64,000 nucleotides of DNA from a virus. Position numbers and translations under genes: made by a program. The stretch's first letter is position 1. Each line of letters begins with the position of its first letter. Where the stretch lies: IMG/VR virus record IMGVR_UViG_3300036790_000408, positions 32,001-96,000 of that record; one strand, given 5' to 3'. The notes under the pieces are model-generated. The model saw only the letters and a list, made by a program, of their open reading frames with translations, was not told the DNA's origin and did not search any database. Below, piece by piece: positions 55,268-64,000 of the stretch.

Positions 55268-56694
55268 AACGCCTATTGCTAGCCGGCGCCGCGGTGCTGT
55301 CGGCATGGGCCGTGCCGGCTCGCGCTCAAATCCCCGGACTGGGGAGCATACCAGGCCTTGGGGGGCTGGGTGGCGGCGCCGGTGGGATTACATGTTCCAA
55401 CTGTTACACCCAGACCAGCGGCACCACCAATGCCGCGACCGAAATTCTGAAAATGATCGCGCAAATCGAGCAGCTCATTCAGATCTTTACCATGCTGTCA
55501 GGCAATACAAGCGTCAACAGTATGGCAACGATCTTGAACAGCACTGCTGTTTTCAATCAGATGGGCAGCTTTGGGAATGTCCCGCTGATGATCCAGGGCG
55601 GCGCTGTAGGGTCGATGGGCGCGAGCTATCTGGCTGCCAATACAATCTTTATGCCGGGCGCCAGCAATATGCCGTACATGAACACGGTCGCTCTGATCGA
55701 GCAGCGCCAAGCGGCCTCCCTGGCTAATGTCCAAGGTATGGCGACATCGATGCTGGTGACCAGCAACACCATCCTGACCGGCTTGATGCAGCTTCAGGTT
55801 CTCATCGACGCTCAACCAAGCAACCAATTGATGGGTGGCATCAATTCCAGGATGTCAGCCTACAACGGCAACATCCAAACACAGCAGTACCAACTCGTGC
55901 AGATGCAGGCCATGGTCAACGCACAGAACCAGGTTTTCGAGCAGCAGCGGCGGCAAGCTGGGTTTTGTTCCTCGGTCAGTTGGTACAATGACCGGCAGTA
56001 CTACTATGGAGCCGGACCCACCGTATCAGGCTCCGGAACCGGTTGCGCCGGGGCCGGTGGCGGCCTGGTGGCGGGTAGCGCTGATTTACCCACGTCGGGC
56101 GCTGGCGGCGGCATCGTTTTGGCCAGCGCTGGGACTGGCGGTATTGGTAGCCTGGGATCACTCGGCACGGTCGGGCTTGCGGGGGGCGCTGGAGCTCTGT
56201 CTCTGGGGTCCACCGGCGCCACAAGCTACGTGCAGGGCGGAACGCCGCTGGCTGGATATGTGACCAACACCCAAGGGCCTCTGGCTGGATACATCTCCCA
56301 GCCCGATACGAGCGGCGCTGCCGGAACAACTGCCAATGCATCCTCAACGCTCCCAACTCCTCCAACTCCCCCGACCGGCACGGTCGATGCCACCGTATCT
56401 GATGGCGGCTGCGTCGAGACGTCAGACGGCAGTGACTGCGGCGGTTTGACCATGGATGACACCGCCAACTTCGACCCGACGGCGCCGGTCTCAGCCCTCC
56501 CGCCAACCGGGCCCAGCGTCGGCGACGCCGTCACTATCCTGCCTGGAGGTGATCCAACCGCCGGGATTTCGACCGACATCACGGTTTTCAATGACCTGCC
56601 GATACCAAAGCCAGCAGATATGGCTGGAATGGCCGTGGTGGCGCTCCTGAAGCCGCGACGAAGAAAGGATGAGCAGTTGAGGATGGCGGCATGA
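55264..56694 (+). CDS. virB5: Extended minor pilin
   Basis: Signal peptide ARA-Q; helical core (QIEQL.QI...QLQ.LID.QP...IN.R); long Gly/Thr/Pro-rich extension. Confidence 0.75.
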   Translation: MKRLLLAGAAVLSAWAVPARAQIPGLGSIPGLGGLGGGAGGITCSNCYTQTSGTTNAATEILKMIAQIEQLIQIFTMLSGNTSVNSMATILNSTAVFNQMGSFGNVPLMIQGGAVGSMGASYLAANTIFMPGASNMPYMNTVALIEQRQAASLANVQGMATSMLVTSNTILTGLMQLQVLIDAQPSNQLMGGINSRMSAYNGNIQTQQYQLVQMQAMVNAQNQVFEQQRRQAGFCSSVSWYNDRQYYYGAGPTVSGSGTGCAGAGGGLVAGSADLPTSGAGGGIVLASAGTGGIGSLGSLGTVGLAGGAGALSLGSTGATSYVQGGTPLAGYVTNTQGPLAGYISQPDTSGAAGTTANASSTLPTPPTPPTGTVDATVSDGGCVETSDGSDCGGLTMDDTANFDPTAPVSALPPTGPSVGDAVTILPGGDPTAGISTDITVFNDLPIPKPADMAGMAVVALLKPRRRKDEQLRMAA

Positions 56695-57029
56695 AAATCC
56701 TTGTGGCCGCAATGGGGTTGCTGGCCACAACCGCGACTTCTGCTGTGGCTGATCCGCCATGGCAAGTTCACCGCGAGCCCGGTCTGATCTGCATGACTAT
56801 GCCCAACAGAGGCGTCGCCATCCATTCCGTGCCGGCCCAGACATCAGACGTCATTGGCTATGCCGACTCGACTGTCTTCATGCCACTGCCGCGGCGCGCT
56901 GGAAACGGCTTCGTCATGATCGAGCGGCCAGATAGGGAACCCGGATGGGTGCCGGAGAAGGGCATGCAGCCCAAGCCCAATTGCACCCCGATGCTCATGT
57001 CGAACGGCGCCATCAACGAAGGGAACTGA
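56691..57029 (+). CDS. Secreted SH3-like protein at the position usually occupied by entry-exclusion genes
   Basis: Signal peptide; VIGYA...GFVMIE....GWV pattern; two Cys. Confidence 0.5.
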   Translation: MKILVAAMGLLATTATSAVADPPWQVHREPGLICMTMPNRGVAIHSVPAQTSDVIGYADSTVFMPLPRRAGNGFVMIERPDREPGWVPEKGMQPKPNCTPMLMSNGAINEGN

Positions 57030-57031
57030 CC

Positions 57032-57901
57032 GTGGGTGGCTTCACCTTCTATGAGCAACTCTACAGCGATTACAATTCGGTGCTCACATCCGCGTCGATG
57101 GCCGCTGCCAATCAGTTGATCGGCGGCATAGCGCCTTATCTCCTAGCCGCCTTGGTGCTCGTGGTCATCATCATCGGCGTCATCATGATGCTCGGGAGAT
57201 TGGACCAATCGACCGGCGTGCTGTGGATCGTTCGCACGGTTGCGGTGGCCAATCTTCTGACGTCGGCGATGTACACCCAGTGGGTGATGACCACATTCCT
57301 TACAACAATTCCGGGAGCCATATCGTCGCTGATCGGCGTCACCGGCGTAACCACCCCAGCGGCGACGTTCGATCATCTGCAGGCTGGCGTCGAGAAGATG
57401 ACTGCAACCCTCGACGCCGCGGCTGAATGGTGGGATGTCGGCTCTCAGTTCCGGATCACGGTAGCTTACTACTTCGCCACCGTACCGCTATTTCTCGGCT
57501 TCTGGCTAAGCATTATCACTATGGCATTCGTTTCTGTTGTTGCTCCGCTAGGAGCGGTTCTGCTATTATTCTACCTGTTCAACAACACCAGACACTACGC
57601 CGAAAGGTGGATCGGGAAACTGGTATCGTTGATGATTTTGCAACTGATAATAGCCATCCTGATGAACATCATCCTGACAGAGTTCGGAGTCTTTGCCGCA
57701 CGCATGAACGCCGCCGGCAATCTTGGCGACTTGGCTGAGCGTATCTCTGTCCTATGGGATATGGGCCTCGGCTTCTTCGTTGGGGTTGGCTTCCTCATTG
57801 GTGCACCGATCATTGCCGGCTACATCGGCGGCGGGCAAGTGACTGCCATGGTTGGCATTCCCGCCAGGATGGCCACTCTCGCTCTGGCGAGGCTGAAATG
57901 A
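57032..57901 (+). CDS. virB6: T4SS polytopic membrane protein
   Basis: Multiple TM segments; LLFYLFNNTRHYAERWIG.LV, P.IAG.IGGG; GTG start 57032. Confidence 0.9.
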   Translation: MGGFTFYEQLYSDYNSVLTSASMAAANQLIGGIAPYLLAALVLVVIIIGVIMMLGRLDQSTGVLWIVRTVAVANLLTSAMYTQWVMTTFLTTIPGAISSLIGVTGVTTPAATFDHLQAGVEKMTATLDAAAEWWDVGSQFRITVAYYFATVPLFLGFWLSIITMAFVSVVAPLGAVLLLFYLFNNTRHYAERWIGKLVSLMILQLIIAILMNIILTEFGVFAARMNAAGNLGDLAERISVLWDMGLGFFVGVGFLIGAPIIAGYIGGGQVTAMVGIPARMATLALARLK

Positions 57902-58122
57902 TGCATCCGGTGGCTGAATTCTTTCTGCGCGGATTATGGAACTTTGCCAGGGCGGTGCTGCTGTTTTGCACCTTCCTGGCCAAGCCGGTCGCGCTCGTGT
58001 TCGCCTTGATCGCCCTCAAGGCGGCAACCCATGGTCAACCGCTTCTGCTCATCGTCTGCATCGTCATCGGAGCCTTACTCTTCGCAGTAAGAGACTGGAT
58101 CCGGTTCTCTCGCTGGAACTAA
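57898..58122 (+). CDS. Small membrane protein
   Basis: Hydrophobic 74-aa ORF coupled to virB6. Confidence 0.6.
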   Translation: MMHPVAEFFLRGLWNFARAVLLFCTFLAKPVALVFALIALKAATHGQPLLLIVCIVIGALLFAVRDWIRFSRWN

Positions 58123-58136
58123 AGGAAAGAAACTAC

Positions 58137-58310
58137 ATGTCAACTACAGCAAAAATTTCTATCGCTATGGTCCTCCTGGTGCTCGCCGGATGCAGCGGCG
58201 AGACGCCACCACCATCATGCAAGGGGCCGTGGACCAGCTTTCCGCAGCCAATGCCAAGTATCGACGGGGCGCCGCCAGCGCCCGAACGACAAACCATGGT
58301 ACAACACTGA
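58137..58310 (+). CDS. virB7: T4SS core lipoprotein
   Basis: Lipobox LAGC, PPPSCKGPW; ATG 58137. Confidence 0.75.
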   Translation: MSTTAKISIAMVLLVLAGCSGETPPPSCKGPWTSFPQPMPSIDGAPPAPERQTMVQH

Positions 58311-59047
58311 TGTGGAACCCGTTCAAACGCACCATCGTGCTCCCGCAGGCGCAAGCGATCACCAGGACACCGCTGACCCGGCAGGAGCAGCAAGTGCGCA
58401 CTATGGTCGCGCGGGAAATGAAAAGAAATCTCCGCACGCGACAGGGATTACTGCTGGTCTGCGTCGTCTCCATGGCCACGAACACCGCGCTGGCTATCGC
58501 CCTGGCCGGCACGGTGCCGCTGATCCGCATCGTGCCCATGCTGCTGCAAACCAGGAAGGATGGATCGACCCGCGTTGAGCCCGTGATGTCGATGATGTCG
58601 GTCGAGGACGCGCAGGATCCGGTCAAGCGCGCAACCATGTGGCAGTACGTGGAATGGCGGGAAGGGTTCACCCGCGACACGGCCAAGTTCCGCTTCGACT
58701 TCGTCGTGGCGCTCAGCGCCGGCGATGTCGGTGAGGCTTACTCAAAATGGTATGCCTATACCAACCCAGAAAGCCCGCAGGCAAAGTACTCCAAAAACAA
58801 CGGCACAGTCACCATCACATACGACACGTCTGATTATTCGTCTGATCCGAACATCTTCGTGGTGAACTTCTATCGTGAAGTGCATGTGCCGGGACAATTG
58901 CCCTCCAGGTCTCACTGGTCTGCCTCCATCCACTACAAGCTGATGCAAGCCATCCCAGCGATCGAACGCGGCACCATCAACCCAAGCGCTCTCAAGGTCA
59001 CCGACTACGTGCTGACCGAGACGGATGATCCAGGAACCAAGTCATGA
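58310..59047 (+). CDS. virB8: T4SS protein
   Basis: Single TM then IVPMLLQ.R.DG, YV.WREGF, Y..TNPESPQ, NPSALKVTDY; TGATG overlap. Confidence 0.9.
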   Translation: MWNPFKRTIVLPQAQAITRTPLTRQEQQVRTMVAREMKRNLRTRQGLLLVCVVSMATNTALAIALAGTVPLIRIVPMLLQTRKDGSTRVEPVMSMMSVEDAQDPVKRATMWQYVEWREGFTRDTAKFRFDFVVALSAGDVGEAYSKWYAYTNPESPQAKYSKNNGTVTITYDTSDYSSDPNIFVVNFYREVHVPGQLPSRSHWSASIHYKLMQAIPAIERGTINPSALKVTDYVLTETDDPGTKS

Positions 59048-59946
59048 GGAAGCTTCTGCTTGCCGGCGCAGCGCTCGCCGCCCTGTCATCATCTGCCTTA
59101 GCGGCCACGGAATGCAAGCCGACCAAGGAAGACAGCCGGGTATGCACCGTGCCCTACAACCCCAATCAGGTCGTCTCGATCTGGGGCACGGTGCGTTCCG
59201 TCGTGGTCGTCGAATTCGGCAAGACCGAACAGATAACCCACGTCTCGGCGGGGGATATCGATGCCCTGAAGCCAGAAAACATGGGTAGCAATGTTTTGTC
59301 TCTCAGGCCAGTGCCGACAATCACGGTGGCTCAGCAAATACAGCCAGTCGCCGTAACAACGTCGCTGCCGGACGGCAGTAATCGCCTCTACATGATCGAG
59401 TTCAATGAACGTCCAGGCGGCTCCATCCTGCCTGGCACCAATGGCGCTCAATTTCTGGTCCGCTTCACCTACCCAGGCGACGTTGCGGCCGCGGCGGCAG
59501 AAGCGTGGCGGGTGAAGGAGCGTGCCAAGATCGAGCATGAGATGGAGGCCAAGCTCGGCACCATCGGGCGCGGCAGCATATCCGGCCAGAACGGATACGC
59601 CTGCGACTATATCTACCAGACCGATCCCAAGCATCACCCAGTCTTCGTGCCAACTCGGGTGTGCGATGACGGGCAAAAAACCTACATCCTGTTCCCCGGC
59701 AACACGCCGCTTCCGGCTATCAGCGTCGATGGACCGGACGGTCAACCGATGATCACCGATGGATCGTTTGACAGCATCGGCTCGTACTACGTCATCAACC
59801 GGGTGGTGCGGCATATCTATCTGCGCTCAGGCGACCTCGTGGTGTGCGTCTGGAAACAGAGCGAGCCCAACCCTGCGGGCTTCAATCCAGGGACGAATAC
59901 CTCAGTGCGCGGCGTCGAACGCACGATCAAGGGATCGGATCAATGA
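59044..59946 (+). CDS. virB9: T4SS outer-membrane core protein
   Basis: DSRV.TVPYNPNQV, P.RVCDDGQKTYI.FP...PLPAI. Confidence 0.9.
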   Translation: MRKLLLAGAALAALSSSALAATECKPTKEDSRVCTVPYNPNQVVSIWGTVRSVVVVEFGKTEQITHVSAGDIDALKPENMGSNVLSLRPVPTITVAQQIQPVAVTTSLPDGSNRLYMIEFNERPGGSILPGTNGAQFLVRFTYPGDVAAAAAEAWRVKERAKIEHEMEAKLGTIGRGSISGQNGYACDYIYQTDPKHHPVFVPTRVCDDGQKTYILFPGNTPLPAISVDGPDGQPMITDGSFDSIGSYYVINRVVRHIYLRSGDLVVCVWKQSEPNPAGFNPGTNTSVRGVERTIKGSDQ

Positions 59947-60986
59947 GCGGGATGCAGGATGATGGTATCGGCGCAGCAAAATCTCCGCCGGGGCCATGGA
60001 AGTACATCTTCATCGCCTTTCTGTGCTTCTGCGCCGTGGCATTTATCTTCTGGCTATTCAAATCCAGCGGTTACCTGCATCAGCACGCCGAGAAGCCAAT
60101 TCAGTCGACCGACGTCGCTCACGCTGATGCTTACCAGGGCCCTCCAGACCTTAAGGAAAATGCTGCATTCAGGGCCAGCGTGCCGCCAACGCCAAGGCCG
60201 CAGCCGCCACCACCGATCGACGAGTCCTCAGTGTGGGCTGGCAAGACCGTGTGGAGCCCGCAGGGGCTACAGCAATCACTTCAGCCGCCGGGTGCCACAC
60301 CACAGGAGAACCCTCAGGCACAAGGCGGCGGCGCCGGTCAGGGCGATAGCCTGCTGCACGGCACCACCGTCGCCTACAAGATCCCGCACCCGATGTTCAC
60401 CGTCCCCGAGGGGAAGGTCATATCGTGCAAGCAGATCACCAAGCTGAGCACCGCCTCGGGTGGCAATGTTCTGGTCACCGCCATTGTCGACGAGGATGTC
60501 TGGGGAATTGGCAATCAGGTTATCCTGATGAACAAGGGCACCGAGGTCATCGGCGAGGTTGCTCATGGGATGATCAATGGGCTGGATCGCCTGCAGGTGG
60601 TCTGGCGGCGCGGACGCACGCCGCCGCCCTACAACATCCGCTTCACGCTCGACGCGCCGGCCGCCGGGCCACTTGGCGAGGGCGGGCTGGACGGCGATAT
60701 CAACCGCCACGAATGGCAGAAAATTAAGGGTGTGTTGCTGTTTACCCTGCTCGACTGGGGCGGCGCCATCGCTCAGTCGGCCTTGGCCGCGCGCGGCACA
60801 ACCAGCATCAACCTAGGGAGCACCAATACCCAATCCACCGCGGAAGCTGCAGGGACGATCCTGCTACAATCGATGATCAATATTCCCGACACGATCACTC
60901 GCAACCAAGGAAAATCCTGCTCGATCTTCATGGCAGGCGATGTGGATTTCTCCAACGTCTATGGATTGAAGGAAGTAAGAAAATGA
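59943..60986 (+). CDS. virB10: T4SS core protein
   Basis: TM + Pro-rich linker; VPEG.VISC, G.ELGG.DG.INRH, NIPDTI.RNQG. Confidence 0.9.
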   Translation: MSGMQDDGIGAAKSPPGPWKYIFIAFLCFCAVAFIFWLFKSSGYLHQHAEKPIQSTDVAHADAYQGPPDLKENAAFRASVPPTPRPQPPPPIDESSVWAGKTVWSPQGLQQSLQPPGATPQENPQAQGGGAGQGDSLLHGTTVAYKIPHPMFTVPEGKVISCKQITKLSTASGGNVLVTAIVDEDVWGIGNQVILMNKGTEVIGEVAHGMINGLDRLQVVWRRGRTPPPYNIRFTLDAPAAGPLGEGGLDGDINRHEWQKIKGVLLFTLLDWGGAIAQSALAARGTTSINLGSTNTQSTAEAAGTILLQSMINIPDTITRNQGKSCSIFMAGDVDFSNVYGLKEVRK

Positions 60987-61225
60987 GCATGTCAGACAAC
61001 TATAAGCAGAACCCGACCATCAGTGCCCGTTGGTCCGACCTTAGGCATGGGCGCATCCACCTCTCGAAGTGGGAGTTGGTGATCGCCTTCGTGCTCACCC
61101 TGCTCCTATTCGTGAACCTGTTCTTTAATCAGGGGATCGGATCCCTGATCTTCTTCATCATCATGGGAACCGCCACAATGATGGCGTGGAAAACCCGACG
61201 TGATGCCCGCAAGGGCACGCAGTGA
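60983..61225 (+). CDS. Small two-TM membrane protein
   Basis: Overlaps virB10 and virB11 by ATGA/GTGA. Confidence 0.6.
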   Translation: MSMSDNYKQNPTISARWSDLRHGRIHLSKWELVIAFVLTLLLFVNLFFNQGIGSLIFFIIMGTATMMAWKTRRDARKGTQ

Positions 61226-62271
61226 CCACGGCCACACTACAGCTCCAGCATATGTTGGAGCCCTTCTTTCCGTTGCTTGCCGACGGCACAGAAGACATCG
61301 CGATCAACCGCCCAAGAGAGGCCTGGGTGCGTCGCTACGGCGTCTGGACACCGTTCGACGTACCGGACATGGACTATGACACTCTGCTGGACATGACGAT
61401 CATGGCGGCGTCGATTTCTCAGCAGGAAACCAACGCACGCAACCCGCTCTTGTTCACGGACATCCCGATGGACAAGGGACCAGCATTGCGGCTGATGGCC
61501 ATTCAACCGCCGGCGGTCGAGGGCGGCCTTATGTCCTGGACCCTCCGCCAACCTAGCGGCAAAGTCCACCCGATCGAGACGATGACCAAGCGCTACAAGA
61601 CAGACCGCTGGAACAAGTGGGAGCGCAGGAAGGAGAACAAGAACCACGACGCAGCCTTGGCGCTCTACGACGCTGGGGAGTTGACAGCATTTTTGACCCA
61701 CCTGGTGCAGCAGCGGTACAACATCATCTGCTGCGGCGCGACCGGCGCCGGCAAGACCGAGGCCGGGAACACGATCCTCTCGGCCATCCCTGATAGCGAC
61801 CGAATCATCACCATCGAGAACACCAGGGAGTACCGGCTGAAACAGCCAAACTGCCTGCATCTGCTCTACTCGCAGGGCGGTATGGGCGTCGCCGATGTCT
61901 CCCAGGCCGACCTGCAGCGCGCCAGCCTACGGTGCCGGCCAACCCGCGTGCTGGTACAGGAGATTTTGGACGCCGACGCAGCGGCCACCTACATCATGGA
62001 AGTGGTCTCGGGTCACCCTGGCTCGATCACCACCATCCACGGCGAGAACCCGTCCCAGGCGTTCAAGCGTCTCTTCGGCATGGTCATGGCATCGGCCGGT
62101 GGGGCCGCGCAGCAGGTCGAGAATGTCCTCTCGATGCTGGAGAGTACGGTGGACTGCATCATCCCATTCCGCAACGACGCCTCGGTGTTCTCGGTCGGTG
62201 AGGTATTCTTCGCTCCGGCCGCACGCCGCCGCGGAGAAATGCTCCGCTCCCTGCTGACGGACGTCGATTGA
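61222..62271 (+). CDS. virB11: T4SS traffic ATPase
   Basis: CGATGAGKT, RIITIENTRE, LRCRPTR..VQEI, SGHPGSITTIHG. Confidence 0.95.
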   Translation: MTTATLQLQHMLEPFFPLLADGTEDIAINRPREAWVRRYGVWTPFDVPDMDYDTLLDMTIMAASISQQETNARNPLLFTDIPMDKGPALRLMAIQPPAVEGGLMSWTLRQPSGKVHPIETMTKRYKTDRWNKWERRKENKNHDAALALYDAGELTAFLTHLVQQRYNIICCGATGAGKTEAGNTILSAIPDSDRIITIENTREYRLKQPNCLHLLYSQGGMGVADVSQADLQRASLRCRPTRVLVQEILDADAAATYIMEVVSGHPGSITTIHGENPSQAFKRLFGMVMASAGGAAQQVENVLSMLESTVDCIIPFRNDASVFSVGEVFFAPAARRRGEMLRSLLTDVD

Positions 62272-62669
62272 TCCGCCGGTTGCCGTGGACGCTGCGGGCC
62301 ACCCTGGTCTTCGCAGCGTGCATCCTGACCTTCGTCCTATGGACTGGGGCAGCGTCAGTTCTCTTCATCAACCTCATGAAATTCGGGAGATACTATCCGT
62401 ATGACTATCCGCCGACTTATTGGCAGTGGTGGGCCTACTTACTCGACCCAGAGTGGCCTCCCAGCATCAACAAGTGGCTCGCCCTCTCCGGACTCGTGCC
62501 GCTATTCCCTCCGGGTGCCTTCCTTGCGCGCCGGCTACTTGATCGCCGGTCCGTATCGTATTCTGCCACAGGCCCCCGACCACTCTACGGCGAAAGTCAT
62601 CCAGCCACTCGATCCGAAATGCAGAGCGGCGGCATCATCTGGAAAAAGAAACTACCGGGGCAACGATAA
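62268..62669 (+). CDS. Membrane-anchor (N-terminal) part of coupling protein as separate ORF
   Basis: Two TM segments then LYGESHPATRSEM, matching the L(H/Y)G.A..A...E motif that precedes the T4CP ATPase domain. Confidence 0.65.
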   Translation: MIRRLPWTLRATLVFAACILTFVLWTGAASVLFINLMKFGRYYPYDYPPTYWQWWAYLLDPEWPPSINKWLALSGLVPLFPPGAFLARRLLDRRSVSYSATGPRPLYGESHPATRSEMQSGGIIWKKKLPGQR

Positions 62670-64000
62670 TGTGGGCTGGCGATGTCATCATCGGGCGCGA
62701 CGAAAACAGCGAATACGGCACCCTGCCTGGGCACGAGCACGTCGCCCTCTACGCCAAGACCCGGAGCGGGAAGACCACCAGCAGCGTCATCCCGAACGCT
62801 TTCAATTTCCCCGGCTCCATGGTCGTGCTCGATGTGCGGCGCGAAATTTTCGCGGCCACAGCCGGCCATAGAGCCTTCAACATGGGGCAGGAGGTCTACC
62901 TTCTTGATCCGGCATCACCGAACGGTCGGTCTCACCGGTGGAACCCGCTCGACATTGTCGACCGTACGTCGGTGGAGAGGTTTGACCAGATATCCCGTAT
63001 CGCCCTGATGATGTTCCCAGATCACACCGGCTCCAGCGGCACCACGAACACCGATAAGTTCTGGGATCCGGCCGGGCGCTCCGCGTACACGGCGGTTGCC
63101 GCACTGATCGCCGAGACACCCGAGTGGCAACTGAACCACGCTATGATCCTTCGGATGTTCTCCGGCGCCGGGTTGGATATGGTCATCGAGGCGGTCAATG
63201 CCCGCCGGGCCCAGAGCGCCAAACCACCCTACAGCCAGAATGTGATCGACGGTCTGTCCGGGTACATGTCAGGCGACACTCAGCTTGTGGACGGCATCCG
63301 AAAGACTGTGGAGGTCAAGCTTCAGGCATGGTTCAACCACAAGATTGCTGCGGCGACATCAGGCAGCGACTTCGACCTGCGCGACCTGCGCCGACGCCCC
63401 ATGACCGTCTATGTCGGCATCTCCCCCGGCAATATGGCGCGCTGGAGGAGCTACCTCGCCCTCTTTTTCGAACAACTCGTCAACCTGAATACCGACGTCA
63501 CTCCGCAGGAAGATCCGACTCTCCAAATCCCCCTACTGGTGATGATGGATGAGTTCGCCCGGCTAGGCCGGATGCAGACCATCGCCGAGGCCGCCCAGTA
63601 CGCCGCCGGTTATGGGGTTCGGTTCTTCTACGTGATCCAGAACAAGCGACAGTTGGAAGCGATCTATGGCGACGCCGCCAGCGCTGACATCTTCGACAAC
63701 ACCGGGGCTGAGATCGTTTTCGGCACCAATGACCTGAAAACCACTGAGGAAGTCAGCCGGCGCTTTGGTGACGACACGGTCAATATCCGCACCCAAAACA
63801 GACCTAGGTATTTCTCCTGGGCCAACTGGAAAAAGCAAACCGAGGCTGAGCACCCCCACCGCCGCCCCTATCTGCTACCACAGGAGGTCGCCCGACTGCC
63901 GCGGAACAAGCAAATCGTCCTGCGCGCCGGCATGCAGGGGTCCATCACCGACCGCATTCCATGGTTCGAGGATCCGGCCATGCGCCGCCTCAAGCTTGAT
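62669..64000 (+). CDS. virD4: Type IV coupling protein ATPase domain, partial (runs off right edge)
   Basis: Read manually: EHVALYAKTRSGKT, IPN...PGSMVVLD, RWNPLD, SDFDLRDLRR, MMDEFARLG, VIQNKRQLEAIYG. Confidence 0.9.
   Translation, partial: MWAGDVIIGRDENSEYGTLPGHEHVALYAKTRSGKTTSSVIPNAFNFPGSMVVLDVRREIFAATAGHRAFNMGQEVYLLDPASPNGRSHRWNPLDIVDRTSVERFDQISRIALMMFPDHTGSSGTTNTDKFWDPAGRSAYTAVAALIAETPEWQLNHAMILRMFSGAGLDMVIEAVNARRAQSAKPPYSQNVIDGLSGYMSGDTQLVDGIRKTVEVKLQAWFNHKIAAATSGSDFDLRDLRRRPMTVYVGISPGNMARWRSYLALFFEQLVNLNTDVTPQEDPTLQIPLLVMMDEFARLGRMQTIAEAAQYAAGYGVRFFYVIQNKRQLEAIYGDAASADIFDNTGAEIVFGTNDLKTTEEVSRRFGDDTVNIRTQNRPRYFSWANWKKQTEAEHPHRRPYLLPQEVARLPRNKQIVLRAGMQGSITDRIPWFEDPAMRRLKLD

Larger units (their letters stand above)
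51497..64000 (+). mobile_element. VirB/VirD4 conjugative-type T4SS operon
   Basis: virB1-virB11 and virD4 in canonical order with coupled start/stop overlaps. Confidence 0.92.

Noticed and set aside
50288-59814. ORFs 50288-50941 (+), 54620-55306 (-), 59098-59814 (-)
   Set aside because: Shadows of the resolvase, virB4 and virB9
9965-59946. Longest-ORF starts in the supplied track (10429, 22988, 27148, 37986, 49078, 50175, 52703, 56945, 57936, 58190, 59844)
   Set aside because: They create long overlaps; downstream starts with RBS or 1-4 bp stop/start coupling fit better
1-64000. tRNA, rRNA, IS transposase, integrase, lysis cassette, relaxase
   Set aside because: None recognisable in this window; the last three may lie outside it

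Overview
High-GC window holding two divergent modules. Positions ~1-50.1 kb (minus strand) carry a complete morphogenesis region of a contractile-tailed (myovirus-type) phage: ParB/methylase-like gene, TerS/TerL, portal, protease/scaffold, major capsid, neck, sheath, tube, chaperone with a -1 slippery site, tape measure, baseplate, fibres. This region also carries a 2769-aa FN3/SPRY/glycoside-hydrolase protein, glycan-modifying enzymes and three homing endonucleases. Positions ~51.5-64 kb (plus strand) carry a virB1-virB11 + virD4 type IV secretion operon. Only a serine resolvase and a small RHH-type regulator lie between the two modules, so this looks like a phage-conjugative element hybrid (probably alphaproteobacterial; host is inferred). 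Most striking sequence-level observation: three consecutive gene boundaries in the baseplate appendage cluster (24790->11856) each cut through a recognisable domain (FN3, FN3, GH26), with both halves kept in neighbouring genes, and the giant protein has further modules nested in-frame inside other domains. Also seen: antisense HNH cassettes with compensating junction sequences, a Cys-less QueE and an APPF-motif methylase (probable pseudo-enzymes), and a VirD4 split into two ORFs. All family assignments come from motif recognition by eye; no database search was run.
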